Below are positions 36,337 through 46,283 of a stretch of 59,261 bases of DNA, piece after piece (within the stretch, counting starts at the first letter, position 1; the number at the start of each line of letters is the position of its first letter). The notes under the pieces were generated by a model that was given only the letters and a program-made list of their open reading frames with translations, ran no database searches and was not told where the DNA came from. A program made the translations under genes and the position numbers. Location: NCBI GenBank assembly GCA_902797875.1, contig CADBUL010000010.1:1-59261 (forward strand), written 5' to 3'. Origin of the DNA: Oscillospiraceae bacterium. GTDB taxonomy: Bacteria; Bacillota; Clostridia; Oscillospirales; Acutalibacteraceae.

Positions 36337-37692
36337 ATGAACATACAAAAATTAAGTGCAAAGCAGCGTGAACTTTTGCGCTGGTGCCACCGTAAAGGCG
36401 GCTACGACAATATAATCTGCGACGGCGCCGTGCGTAGCGGCAAAACGGTGATTATGGCAATATCGTTTGTCCATTGGGCTATGCGGTATTTTGAAAACCA
36501 AAACTTTGCGTTTTGCTCTAAAACGGTTAAAACCTGCGAGCGAAACGTTATTATGCCGCTTTTATCTTGCGGTGATATAGCCGAATTTTTTGACCTTACC
36601 TATAAGCGAAGCGACGGCGTGCTGATTATAAAAAACGGCAACCGCAAAAACACCTTTTATCTGTTTGGCGGCAAGGACGAAAGCAGTTTTGCGCTAATTC
36701 AGGGCATTACCCTTGCAGGGGTTATGTTCGACGAAACCACGCTGCTGCCTAAAAATTTTGTAAATCAGGCTATTGCCAGAACCCTTTCGGTAAAGGGCGC
36801 GAAACTGTGGTTTAACTGCAACCCCGAAGGACCGCAGCACTGGTTTTACAACGAATGGCTTAAAGACAGCGATGGAGCAAATATAAAAAACTGTTTGCAC
36901 CTGCACTTTACTATGGAGGACAATCCTATTTTATCAGCCGCCCAAATTGAAAAAGCCAAACGGCTTTACACCGGCGTATTTTATAAGCGTTATATTTTGG
37001 GTCTGTGGGTTGCCGCCGAGGGTCTTATCTACCCTGATATAGACCCGGTTATTGTAAAAGACGCGCCGCTTCCAAAAAACTGTATGCGCCTTATGGTGGG
37101 TATGGACTTTGGCGGCAACCGCAGTCTTACCACCCTTGTTGCGTGCGCCATAACCGAAAACTATGAAAGCCTGACTGCGCTTTCCGATTATGCCGTAAGC
37201 GGCAAAAAGGGTGAAATAGACGCCGCCCGCATTTGTGAAAAAACCGAAGAATTTATAAAAAGCATTTACAGCAAATACGGCCGCTACCCCGATGAAATAC
37301 GGTGCGACAGCGCCGAACAATATCTTATAACAACACTTAAAAACCACCTTATAAAAAAAGGGTTTAACATAGCCGTTAAAGACAGCGACAAAAAAGAGAT
37401 CCTGCAGCGAATACGCTGCACGTGTTCGCTCATTTCAAACCGCAAACTTATAATAAACAGCGACTGCCGCCTTCTGATAAACGGGCTTAAAAGCGCCGTA
37501 TGGGACCAAAAGGCAGCAAGCAAAGGTAAGGACGTAAGGCTGGACGATTTTACAAGCGACATCGATATTTTAGACGCTTTTGAATATTCGTTTTCACCCT
37601 TTATCGCCCGTTTTACCCCGCGGCTTGAAAAGAACTTCAAGGACGGCGGAGGGGGTGTTACCGCAAGGGACTTTAAGGGCTATTGGTTTTAA
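36337..37692 (+). CDS. terL: Phage terminase large subunit (PBSX/Terminase_3-like)
   Basis: LSAKQRELLRW...NIICDGAVRSGKT is the Walker A motif, VMFDE is Walker B-like, and a C-terminal nuclease-like half with conserved D residues is present. It is 451 aa. Confidence 0.85.
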   Translation: MNIQKLSAKQRELLRWCHRKGGYDNIICDGAVRSGKTVIMAISFVHWAMRYFENQNFAFCSKTVKTCERNVIMPLLSCGDIAEFFDLTYKRSDGVLIIKNGNRKNTFYLFGGKDESSFALIQGITLAGVMFDETTLLPKNFVNQAIARTLSVKGAKLWFNCNPEGPQHWFYNEWLKDSDGANIKNCLHLHFTMEDNPILSAAQIEKAKRLYTGVFYKRYILGLWVAAEGLIYPDIDPVIVKDAPLPKNCMRLMVGMDFGGNRSLTTLVACAITENYESLTALSDYAVSGKKGEIDAARICEKTEEFIKSIYSKYGRYPDEIRCDSAEQYLITTLKNHLIKKGFNIAVKDSDKKEILQRIRCTCSLISNRKLIINSDCRLLINGLKSAVWDQKAASKGKDVRLDDFTSDIDILDAFEYSFSPFIARFTPRLEKNFKDGGGGVTARDFKGYWF

Positions 37693-37710
37693 TAAAAAAG
37701 GAGAAACTAT

Positions 37711-37893
37711 ATGAATATTATTATTGCATGCGTTTTGGCGGCGATATTTACCGCCTCGTTTTTCGCAGGATTTTTTGTTAAAGATATTTTTTACAAAAAA
37801 TCAGATAAAACAGGAAACGATTTTGATTTGAAAGAATTCTTAAACTACGACGGAAATTTTACGGAGGAACAAAATGGAAAACACTACTTATAA
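37711..37893 (+). CDS. Small membrane protein (60 aa)
   Basis: A strong AAGGAGA RBS lies 6 nt upstream. It has one TM helix (IIIACVLAAIFTASFFAGFFV). I assign no family. Confidence 0.45.
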   Translation: MNIIIACVLAAIFTASFFAGFFVKDIFYKKSDKTGNDFDLKEFLNYDGNFTEEQNGKHYL

Positions 37894-38593
37894 TACCGGT
37901 GATTTTGCGGCGGACACCACACCGACGCCAAATCAAGATATATTAAACGACTGTGCGGAAGAAGCGGGCGAGGGCACCACACCGACCCCCGATTCTTCGC
38001 CAAAAGTAAAGGTAAAGTACAATCACGAGGAATCTTTTTATTCTCTGGAACAGGCGGCGCAGATTATTCAAAAGAATATGTACGCCAAAGAGAGCCTCGA
38101 AAAGTTGCAGTTTATGGCAGCGGGTAAAGGCGTATCGCTTCCCGACCTTGTGGACGAGTTGTTCGAGCGCAACGAAAGAGAGGCTTTATCTTTACTGAAA
38201 GAACAGTTTGCCGACGATGACGAGGGTTTTCTCAATGCCCTTAATCTTCGACGCAAACAAAACGAGGAGGCGTTTGTAAATACCTTCAAAGATAGGGGCG
38301 AACCCGATATAAATCAAAGGCTTGCAGACGAGTTTTTTGAACTTTGCGAACAGGTACCCGAGGTTTCGGACATACGCTCTATCCCCGACAGCGTCCTAAC
38401 CGAGGCGGCGACAAGCGGTAAAAGCTTAACGCTTTGTTATCTGCTGCATAAGTACCGCGAAGCCGCCAAAAAGGACGCCCAAAAACAAACCGACCTGCAA
38501 AATGCCAAAAGCAGCGTCGGGTCACTTGAAAGCCCGGCGGTCGGGGGCGAAAACCCCGTAATATCCGCCCTGCTTAAAGGAATACGCAAATAA
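37874..38593 (+). CDS. Putative scaffolding protein
   Basis: 239 aa, acidic and predicted to be helix-rich (E/K/L/A-rich). It lies directly upstream of the putative capsid gene. The assignment rests on position and composition only. Confidence 0.4.
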   Translation: MENTTYNTGDFAADTTPTPNQDILNDCAEEAGEGTTPTPDSSPKVKVKYNHEESFYSLEQAAQIIQKNMYAKESLEKLQFMAAGKGVSLPDLVDELFERNEREALSLLKEQFADDDEGFLNALNLRRKQNEEAFVNTFKDRGEPDINQRLADEFFELCEQVPEVSDIRSIPDSVLTEAATSGKSLTLCYLLHKYREAAKKDAQKQTDLQNAKSSVGSLESPAVGGENPVISALLKGIRK

Positions 38594-38607
38594 AAGGAGT
38601 AATTATT

Positions 38608-39516
38608 ATGGCAATTAATTCACTTGACTTTCAGTCAAAACTTACGGGCGAACTTGACAAAGAGCTTGTATCTTCGAGCGTTGTCGGCTTTTTTGCCGAT
38701 AACATTATGCGCCAAAAATTCGTAGGCGCAAAAAACGTACTTATCCCCGACCTTGAACTTCAGGGTCTTGCCGCCTATGACCGCGACAGCGGTTTTACCC
38801 AGGGCAGCGTAACCGTAGACCAAAAAACCTATACCCTCACCCAGGACCGCGCCCGTACCTTTTCGATCGACCGCGAAGATATGGACGAAATCGGCGTAGC
38901 CGAACTTGCCGGTCAGATTATGGGCGAGTTTGTGCGCACCAAGGTTGTTCCCGAGGTAGACGCCTATGCCCTTTCGAAACTTGCGGGCATTGCCGCCGCC
39001 AACAACAACGTTTTGTCTTTAGGCAGCGGTGAAACACTCGAAAACGACTGCGTAAAACTTATTAACACCGCCATAAACAACATCAACGAAATTACCGGTT
39101 ACGAAGAAGAAGTGGTTGTTTTTGTTAACCCCACCGTTTACAAGGCGCTTATGGAAAGCCCCGAACTTTCGCGTCACATTGACCTTGCCGAGTTCAAAAA
39201 GGGTGAAATAAGCACCCGCGTGCAAAAAATTAACAACGCCGCTATTATCCCCGTACCCGCCGCGCGTATGAAGACCATATTTAATTTTCTTATGGTCGGC
39301 GCGGGCGGTTTCGAGCCTGACAGCCACGCCGAGGAAATCGGCATTATCGCAATGCCCAAAAAGGCGGGCAGTCTTGTTAAAAAGACCGAAAAAATCAGAA
39401 TTTTTGAGCCCGACCAGAACGTAAATATGGACGCCTACAAATTCGATTACCGTATTTATTACGATGTTTTCGTGAAAAACTCTGCCGCAGACACCATTTA
39501 CACCTACACCTATTAA
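38608..39516 (+). CDS. Putative major capsid protein
   Basis: 302 aa with a strong RBS. It follows the scaffold-like gene, and its size and composition are typical of HK97/P22-type coat proteins. This is not verified by homology search. Confidence 0.5.
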   Translation: MAINSLDFQSKLTGELDKELVSSSVVGFFADNIMRQKFVGAKNVLIPDLELQGLAAYDRDSGFTQGSVTVDQKTYTLTQDRARTFSIDREDMDEIGVAELAGQIMGEFVRTKVVPEVDAYALSKLAGIAAANNNVLSLGSGETLENDCVKLINTAINNINEITGYEEEVVVFVNPTVYKALMESPELSRHIDLAEFKKGEISTRVQKINNAAIIPVPAARMKTIFNFLMVGAGGFEPDSHAEEIGIIAMPKKAGSLVKKTEKIRIFEPDQNVNMDAYKFDYRIYYDVFVKNSAADTIYTYTY

Positions 39517-39573
39517 GGTATATTGCGGAGCCGGCACTTTGCGGTCGGCTCCGCTTAAAAAGGAGGAACCTTA

Positions 39574-41256
39574 GTGAACACAGTAAGCGAACTTTTCAAA
39601 ACATTTGAACAACTGCGTGAACAAAAAGAGGCTCTTGGAGATAACGGTATCTACCGTCAATCGCAGATAAACGAGCGATTTTACAAGGGCGACCAGTGGC
39701 ATGGGCTAAAGGGCGTGCAGAACCGTCCGCTTATTCGCAACAACGTAATAAAAAGAATAGCCGACCTTAAGCTGTCATGCGTCAACAACCCCGTAACAGT
39801 CACCTTTTCTGCCGAGGGTGTGCCAAACACCGCCGAAATGCGCGAGAGGGTAACAAGACAAAAAAATCAGATGCCGCAGGACCTTTCGCTGCTAGATTAC
39901 GACGAAGAAATTAACCTGGTGCTTAGCGCCCTTTCGGACTACTACGCCACCACCTGTGAACGTGTGCAGTACCAAAAAAAGTGCGAACAGCTGCTTCTTA
40001 ACGCCTATATTTCGGGTACCGGAATTATGTATACCTACTGGGACAGCGAGGTTTGTACGGGGTTGTATCTTAACGAAAACCGCCAGACGCAGATTAAGGG
40101 CGATATAGCCACCGAGGTTTTAGATGTTGAAAACGTATACTTCGGGGACGGCGCGCTGGACGATATTCAGCGTCAGCCGTTTATAATTATCGCCCAAAAA
40201 CTGTACCTTGATAAGGTAAAACAAATGGCGGCGAAAAACCGTATTTCACTTGAAATTAAACCCGATAACGACAACCAAAACAAGGTTACGGTGCTTACAA
40301 AATTTTATAAAAAGACGGTAGACCAAAAAACCGAGGTTTTTGCCGTTCAAGCGGTCAAAGAAGGCTTTATAAAAAACGAATGGGGACTTGGCGTTTCGCT
40401 TTATCCGTTTGCAAAATACTCATTCTTGCGCCGCAAAAATTCACCCTACGGTGAAAGCGAAATAACCTACAGTATCCCCAACCAGATTGCCATCAACCGC
40501 ATGATGACCGCTTCGAGTTGGGGCACCATCTTAAACGGCATGCCCATAATGATCGTCAATAACGACCTTATCCGCGACAAAATTTCAAACGAACCCGGTC
40601 AGGTTTTGAGGATTTCGGGAAACGCGGAAGATATGAACAGCGCAATAAGGTATATTACTCCCCCGTCGTTTAGCGCAAACTATGAAAACGCCGCCCTTTC
40701 GCTTTCTTCGACCACCCTTAATATGGCGGGCGCAAACGACGCGGCGCTTGGTAATATTAAACCCGATAACGCTTCGGCTATTATTGCGGTAAGAGAGGCC
40801 GCCATGCTTCCCATGCAAAGCCACCTAAACGCCTATTACGCGTTTTCAGAGGAGGTTGCGCGTATCTGGTCACAGTTTTGGTTAAACAAATACGGCAACC
40901 GCGCCCTTAAAATTACCGACGAAAACGGCACCTGGTATCTTCCGTTTGACGCGAGCCGTTATTCCCACCTTATTATCAACGCGCGCGTAGACGTAAGCGC
41001 TTCGAGTATTATAAGCGACGCCCAAAGTCTTGCGACGCTCGACAATATGTATGAGCACGGAATTATCGACGCCGTTCAATACCTTAAACGGCTGCCAAAC
41101 GGCATAATAAGCGATAAAAACGGTCTTATTAAAGAGAAAAAAGAGGAACTGTTGAATGCCGCCAAAGCACAACTTACGCAAGAGGACGTTGAGGACGATC
41201 CCGACGGGTTAGACCCCTATGTTGCGGCGGCACAGCTTATAGGAGGTGACGCGTGA
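39574..41256 (+). CDS. Putative portal protein
   Basis: 560 aa. The GTG start has AAGGAGG 7 nt upstream. The N-terminal NERFYKGDQW motif resembles the Y.GDQW box of several portal families, and the size is appropriate. Confidence 0.5.
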   Translation: MNTVSELFKTFEQLREQKEALGDNGIYRQSQINERFYKGDQWHGLKGVQNRPLIRNNVIKRIADLKLSCVNNPVTVTFSAEGVPNTAEMRERVTRQKNQMPQDLSLLDYDEEINLVLSALSDYYATTCERVQYQKKCEQLLLNAYISGTGIMYTYWDSEVCTGLYLNENRQTQIKGDIATEVLDVENVYFGDGALDDIQRQPFIIIAQKLYLDKVKQMAAKNRISLEIKPDNDNQNKVTVLTKFYKKTVDQKTEVFAVQAVKEGFIKNEWGLGVSLYPFAKYSFLRRKNSPYGESEITYSIPNQIAINRMMTASSWGTILNGMPIMIVNNDLIRDKISNEPGQVLRISGNAEDMNSAIRYITPPSFSANYENAALSLSSTTLNMAGANDAALGNIKPDNASAIIAVREAAMLPMQSHLNAYYAFSEEVARIWSQFWLNKYGNRALKITDENGTWYLPFDASRYSHLIINARVDVSASSIISDAQSLATLDNMYEHGIIDAVQYLKRLPNGIISDKNGLIKEKKEELLNAAKAQLTQEDVEDDPDGLDPYVAAAQLIGGDA

Positions 41257-41618
41257 TGATGGCTCAAACCCTGTTTGAAAAGGCGTTAGCTCTGCTTAAC
41301 CTGCGCGAGGCGGACGGTACGTGCGATCAAACCCTTACAAAAAACGCGCTGCCTTGCATTAACGCCGTTTACTGCGATTTGTATTATCTGCTGTACGATT
41401 CGGGTTACCGCGACGTCTCCTCTTTGCGAGATACCCTTAATCTTCCTGAAAGGGTGTTTTTCGACGTGGCGCCCTACGGCGTTGCCATGCACCTTGCAAA
41501 AATGATCGGCGACGGACTTAATCAGCAGATTTTTTCCACAATTTACAACTCTAAACGCGCAGCGGTTGGCGCAAAGGACAACATCTGCGACACCTTTATA
41601 AAAGGAGAAAGCATATGA
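41253..41618 (+). CDS. Small structural protein (head-tail adaptor/completion candidate)
   Basis: 121 aa. Its start overlaps the portal stop, which suggests translational coupling. The role is assigned from position only. Confidence 0.3.
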   Translation: MMMAQTLFEKALALLNLREADGTCDQTLTKNALPCINAVYCDLYYLLYDSGYRDVSSLRDTLNLPERVFFDVAPYGVAMHLAKMIGDGLNQQIFSTIYNSKRAAVGAKDNICDTFIKGESI

Positions 41619-43498
41619 AATACCCCAAAGTACCTGCTTCCGATGTAAAGCGGGCTACCGTTTACGATTTATCGGGCGGACTGAACCTGTCGCGAGACCC
41701 GTGTCTTATTGCAACAAACGAACAAAGCGATATGAAAAACGTTTGGTATGACGGCGCTTCACTTAAGGCGCGCCCCCTTTTTTGCGCCGCTGCGCAGCTT
41801 GACGGTTACGCCTTCAGCGGAGCAGTAAATGAGGGCCGGGCGTTATTTATTAAATACGCTTACGATTCTTATGAGGCGACCCTGAATTGCGCGCTTGTCG
41901 ACAGCAACGGCAACATCACCCGCCTAAACGATATTATAGCCCAAAACTTTCAGCGCCCGGATAACGCTTCAACCGTAATACCTAAAAGGTATTTTGCCTT
42001 TTGCTTTAACGGTGATATTTACATCGCGATAGCCTACCACCACTATCCGCTTGACACTTTTTACAAGGGTATATTTTACAAACTTGACGGCGACGGTTTT
42101 ATAAGGCTTTCCGACAGCGATTTTTACGCGCCGCTTATTGCGGTAAATATCAAGGGCGATTCATACCAAAGTTTACCCTCAAGCGACAACACCGTATTCT
42201 CGCCCGCCAGCACCTTTGAGGGCTACAACCTGTTAACCGACCGCGTACGGGTAAAGTTTACCACCGACGGCGTATCGAGCAGCTTCCGCCTTCCGGTTCA
42301 GGCGCAGGAAAATCAAGATATTAAGGTACGCCTGGTGGCTTCTTTCGGCGGCGGCGCGGTGAACGAATACGAGGGTACCGTTACCCCTTCTTCCGCGGCA
42401 ACGCTTAGCAACGGTATTCGGTGTTACCGCACTTCGCAAAACCAGATTAAGTTTACCAACGCTTCGGGTACCGCCGTTGCTCCCTCCTGCGCGTTGTCAA
42501 GTTCCAACCTCGAAATAGAATTTCACGCCGATATAGACGAGGGCCGCGAGGAAGAGCTTTTGTACTGCTCGCTTTACTCGGCTTTCGGTGCAAGCGGCGG
42601 TGTGGGCAAGGGTAACCGGCTGTTTTTATCGGGAAGCTCCAAACGCCCCAATAAACTGTTTTGGAGCGACTGCGACCAACCGCTGTATTTCCCCGAAAAT
42701 AATTACAGTCTGGTTGGGGACGGTTCTGTTTTAGCGCTTCACAAACAAAATGATATGCTGGTAATTATGCTTAATAACTCTATTTATTATGCTTCGTATG
42801 TTGGTACAAACATTTCGGCAGACGACATTATAAGCGGCGCGGTAGTAGACGTTACGGTTGCCCAGGCGGTATTTCCCCTAACACTTTTACACGGCGAAAC
42901 AGGACTTTACGCCAAAGGCTGCGCCAAACTCATCGACGGTAAAATTTGCTTTTTAGGAAGCGATAAAACGGTTTACCGCATTGATGATAAAACCTCTATA
43001 AGCAAACTTTCACAAAAAATCGAACCGCTTTTATATAATCTTTCGGGCTTTTTTGCGCTCAGTAAACTCAAAAACGGATTTATGCTTACAAACGGTACAA
43101 AAGCTGCTGTATATAATACCGAAACCAAAGGCTGGTACCTGTGGGAATTTGAAACCGAATTCTTTGAAGCGGTAACCTTTGACCGCGCCCCCGTTTTGTA
43201 CGACGGTCAAAGCGTTTACGTTTTAAGCAACACACCTTGCGCAGACGCCTATTTTACTTCGCCGTTGTTTTCTTTCGGGTACCCCGATATGCGCAAAAGA
43301 GTATGCGAGATTTCAATCGAAGGGTCCGCCTCTTCGGTTGGTTTTATAAGTGAAGAGGGCGAAAGCATTTGTAAACCCTTAAGTCTAAGCAAAAAGGCGG
43401 TTGCGCCGCTATGCGGCGTAAAATACGCGGGTTTTTCGGTTTACGGACTTAAAAACGCTTCTTCAATAACCCTTAAGTATTATATTTTTAACAATTAA
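41615..43498 (+). CDS. Large structural protein (tail hub/nozzle candidate)
   Basis: 627 aa, beta-rich in composition, and overlapping the upstream stop. I recognise no motif. The role is inferred from its position after the portal and adaptor. Confidence 0.35.
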   Translation: MKYPKVPASDVKRATVYDLSGGLNLSRDPCLIATNEQSDMKNVWYDGASLKARPLFCAAAQLDGYAFSGAVNEGRALFIKYAYDSYEATLNCALVDSNGNITRLNDIIAQNFQRPDNASTVIPKRYFAFCFNGDIYIAIAYHHYPLDTFYKGIFYKLDGDGFIRLSDSDFYAPLIAVNIKGDSYQSLPSSDNTVFSPASTFEGYNLLTDRVRVKFTTDGVSSSFRLPVQAQENQDIKVRLVASFGGGAVNEYEGTVTPSSAATLSNGIRCYRTSQNQIKFTNASGTAVAPSCALSSSNLEIEFHADIDEGREEELLYCSLYSAFGASGGVGKGNRLFLSGSSKRPNKLFWSDCDQPLYFPENNYSLVGDGSVLALHKQNDMLVIMLNNSIYYASYVGTNISADDIISGAVVDVTVAQAVFPLTLLHGETGLYAKGCAKLIDGKICFLGSDKTVYRIDDKTSISKLSQKIEPLLYNLSGFFALSKLKNGFMLTNGTKAAVYNTETKGWYLWEFETEFFEAVTFDRAPVLYDGQSVYVLSNTPCADAYFTSPLFSFGYPDMRKRVCEISIEGSASSVGFISEEGESICKPLSLSKKAVAPLCGVKYAGFSVYGLKNASSITLKYYIFNN

Positions 43499-43510
43499 GG
43501 AGGTTTAGTT

Positions 43511-44206
43511 TTGGCTACACTTAACAATCAAACAATTTTAGATAAACAAACGCAGGCTTATAAAAAGCTTGTAGCGCAGTATACCGCCGCAAATAAACAA
43601 TATCTTGCCGATATTTCCAAAAGCTACGACGCCCAAACCAAAAACGCCAACAGCAACGCCAACGCCGCCGCCGCGGCGCTCGAAAAAGATTTTCGCAAAA
43701 GCTACGACCTTAACGAAATTCAAAATCTTATCTCACGGCGGCTTCTTAAAGAAAAAATGGCAAATTTGGGGCTTACGCAAAGCGGACTTAACGCCAGCAG
43801 CAACACCGCCCTCGCAATCTCAAGACAAAACGCAGACGACCGCGTAACCGCTTCAAAAGCGGCGGCAGCCGCCAAAATAAAAGCGCAGTTAAACAACACC
43901 CTGGCAAGCATTAACGCCGCCAAAGCCAGCGACAGCGCAAAAGCGGCAAAGGACCTTGCCGATAAACTATCAAACGCCTACAAAGATTACAGCAAGCAGT
44001 ATAATTCAACCCTGCAAAACGCCGTCAAGCAAAAGCAAGGCGGATCAAACAGCGGGGCAAATCTTATAAACGTTTACGGCAAGCTGTATTCCATAAAAGG
44101 CGCAAATAACCGTAAGGCGTTTTTGAAGGCGGTTACCGCCGCCGGGTACATCACCGAAAGTCAGCGTAAAGCGCTGCTTAAAACGCTTAATCTGCGCGAT
44201 AATTAA
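43511..44206 (+). CDS. Ala/Lys/Asn-rich coiled-coil protein (tail needle/plug or internal protein candidate)
   Basis: The TTG start has AAGGAGG 7 nt upstream. It is 231 aa with a long low-complexity helical region (AAAAALEKDF..., SKAAAAAKIKAQLNNTLASINAAKASDSAKAAKDLADKL). Confidence 0.35.
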   Translation: MATLNNQTILDKQTQAYKKLVAQYTAANKQYLADISKSYDAQTKNANSNANAAAAALEKDFRKSYDLNEIQNLISRRLLKEKMANLGLTQSGLNASSNTALAISRQNADDRVTASKAAAAAKIKAQLNNTLASINAAKASDSAKAAKDLADKLSNAYKDYSKQYNSTLQNAVKQKQGGSNSGANLINVYGKLYSIKGANNRKAFLKAVTAAGYITESQRKALLKTLNLRDN

Positions 44207-44215
44207 GGAGGACTT

Positions 44216-45730
44216 ATGAGAGAAATTACCTATACTGTTTCGCTTGACGGCATTTTACCTTCCGGCGTGCAAAGCGCCGGTGTGCAGGGTGAAGACGCCG
44301 CCACGGTGGTAAAATTTGTTATCGCCAACGACATAGATATATCAAACAGCACCTTTCTTATAAACGCTACCGACGGCTCGGGCGTGTTTTATACGACCGA
44401 CTTTTTAACCGTAGTAGACCGCACCGTGAGCTATACCCTGCCCGTAAACCTTACTGCGTCGGGCGGTATTGCCACCCTTGTACTTGTAATAAACGGTCAA
44501 AATTCGACCGTTATGTCTTTCCCTGCGAAACTGCGGTTTGAAGACACCGGCGAAGCGGCGGCAAATACAATAAACTACACCGCCCAAATTTCGGACGCGC
44601 TTTCCCGTTGCCAGGGTTTGTCCGATAGTATGAATACGGTGCTTCCGCAGGTGCGTGAGTCGGCGCAAACCGCCCTTGAAGCGGCAAACGCGGTACAGAC
44701 CGCACAGGAGGAAAACGAGCAATTCACTGAATATATAACCGAAATGCTCGATGAAATACGGGATTTGGACGACACCATAATAGATTATTACGACCAGTGC
44801 CGTTCATTCAGGTCGGAATGCAATACCTGTAAAATACAGTCGAAAAACTCGCGCGACCAGGCGTTAAACTATCTTAACCAAACAACGCAGATAAAAACCG
44901 AGGTTGAAGGTATTGAAGATACCTGCGAAGAATACCTTGAAGGCTGTCAAAGCGCCGCCACACAGGCCGATGCGGCGGCAACCCTTTGCGAGCAGGCGGT
45001 ACAAAACCTGCCGCAGACGTTTAGCGCCACCATTCAAACGCAGATGTGGAACAACCAACCCGACCTGGATGAAAATGACGCCACAGGACTAAAAACAAAT
45101 ACCGTGTATTATGTGCATATAGTCGACCGGTCAAGCGGAAGATTTAAGCTGACTCCCGTGCGCGGCGACGCGAGCTTTGTATTCCCCGCGCTGTTTAGAC
45201 TGCACCAGTTAGATACCGGCAATTACGGTCATATAGGCGAAAACACACCGGTTATGCTTACCGATATTTCGCCAAACTGCTTTTTCAAGCTTGCGGGCGA
45301 TTATGAGCTTGGCGTAAACGTACCAAACGCCAAAGCCTACGAGATAATTATCGACGGCGTAAAGCACGGCGACGAGGTATTTTATGTGCTTGCTGACAAT
45401 AATACCTTTATTAATTACCACACAGGAAACGATACTGGAATAAGGGGTATAAAGATTGGCACAAATACTCTTTTAAGCGATAAAATTTACGAAAACGTAT
45501 TTATGAGACTATCGGTAGGCTCCAAAAATATGGTGGCTTCATATGATTACGTCGCCATGTGCGAGGGCGACGTAGAATCGACCGAGCCCGACAGTATATC
45601 GCAAAGCGTTAACGCTTCCGTAATACCGAGCATCATACCCTCAACGCCTTTTTCGGTAAGCCGGATTTCGCTTAACAGCGACAGTATGATGCTTAACGGC
45701 TTTACCCTTACGGTTAAACCGATTTTTTAA
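44216..45730 (+). CDS. Tail fibre / receptor-binding protein candidate
   Basis: 504 aa. An N-terminal Ig-like segment (AGVQGEDAATVVKFVI...ATLVLVI) is reminiscent of BppU-N-type domains. A central coiled coil and a C-terminal globular domain follow. It is the last structural gene before the lysis genes. Confidence 0.4.
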   Translation: MREITYTVSLDGILPSGVQSAGVQGEDAATVVKFVIANDIDISNSTFLINATDGSGVFYTTDFLTVVDRTVSYTLPVNLTASGGIATLVLVINGQNSTVMSFPAKLRFEDTGEAAANTINYTAQISDALSRCQGLSDSMNTVLPQVRESAQTALEAANAVQTAQEENEQFTEYITEMLDEIRDLDDTIIDYYDQCRSFRSECNTCKIQSKNSRDQALNYLNQTTQIKTEVEGIEDTCEEYLEGCQSAATQADAAATLCEQAVQNLPQTFSATIQTQMWNNQPDLDENDATGLKTNTVYYVHIVDRSSGRFKLTPVRGDASFVFPALFRLHQLDTGNYGHIGENTPVMLTDISPNCFFKLAGDYELGVNVPNAKAYEIIIDGVKHGDEVFYVLADNNTFINYHTGNDTGIRGIKIGTNTLLSDKIYENVFMRLSVGSKNMVASYDYVAMCEGDVESTEPDSISQSVNASVIPSIIPSTPFSVSRISLNSDSMMLNGFTLTVKPIF

Positions 45731-45792
45731 CATCGGGCGTATAACGGCATAAAATGTAAAGTATTAAAATATATTTTTTTAATAGCATCCTA

Positions 45793-46062
45793 ATGAAAGA
45801 CGGAAACACTATGAACGACATTATCATTGTGGCGCTTATATCCTTTTTGGGTACGCTTGTGGGTACCTTCGGCGGCATTGTCGCTTCGGGTAAACTTACA
45901 AACTACCGCCTGACAGAACTTGAAAAAAAGGTTGAAAGGCATAATTCTTTACTTGAAAGGATGGCGCTTGTAGAACAGAGTATAAACTCCGCAAATAAAC
46001 AAATTGAACTGATTAAGGAGGAAATAGGTCATGACAAATATCAAAAAAGCGACTATAGTTAG
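45793..46062 (+). CDS. Lysis-cassette membrane protein (N-terminal TM + coiled coil; true start possibly 45811)
   Basis: MNDIIIVALISFLGTLVGTFGGIVASG forms a TM helix followed by a heptad-like region. It overlaps the holin gene. It is XhlA-like in concept only. Confidence 0.4.
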   Translation: MKDGNTMNDIIIVALISFLGTLVGTFGGIVASGKLTNYRLTELEKKVERHNSLLERMALVEQSINSANKQIELIKEEIGHDKYQKSDYS

Positions 46063-46282
46063 AACCGTAACCTTGATTTTTTTACTTATAAATCAGGTTC
46101 TTTGTGCAGCAGGTAAAAATCCGCTGCCCTTTTCTGAAGACGCGGTTTACGGATTTGTATCGACTCTCCTTACCTGTGCGGCTTCGCTTTGGGCTTGGTG
46201 GAAAAACAATTCTTTCACCGCCCCCGCCATAGAAGCCGACCAATATCTAAAAGAACTTAAAGAAAACGAAAGGAATGTATAA
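46031..46282 (+). CDS. Holin (phi LC3-family-like)
   Basis: 83 aa with an AAGGAGG RBS and two TM segments. The AWWKNNSFT motif is what I recall for the phi LC3 holin family. It lies directly upstream of the endolysin. Confidence 0.6.
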   Translation: MTNIKKATIVRTVTLIFLLINQVLCAAGKNPLPFSEDAVYGFVSTLLTCAASLWAWWKNNSFTAPAIEADQYLKELKENERNV

Positions 46283-46283
46283 A

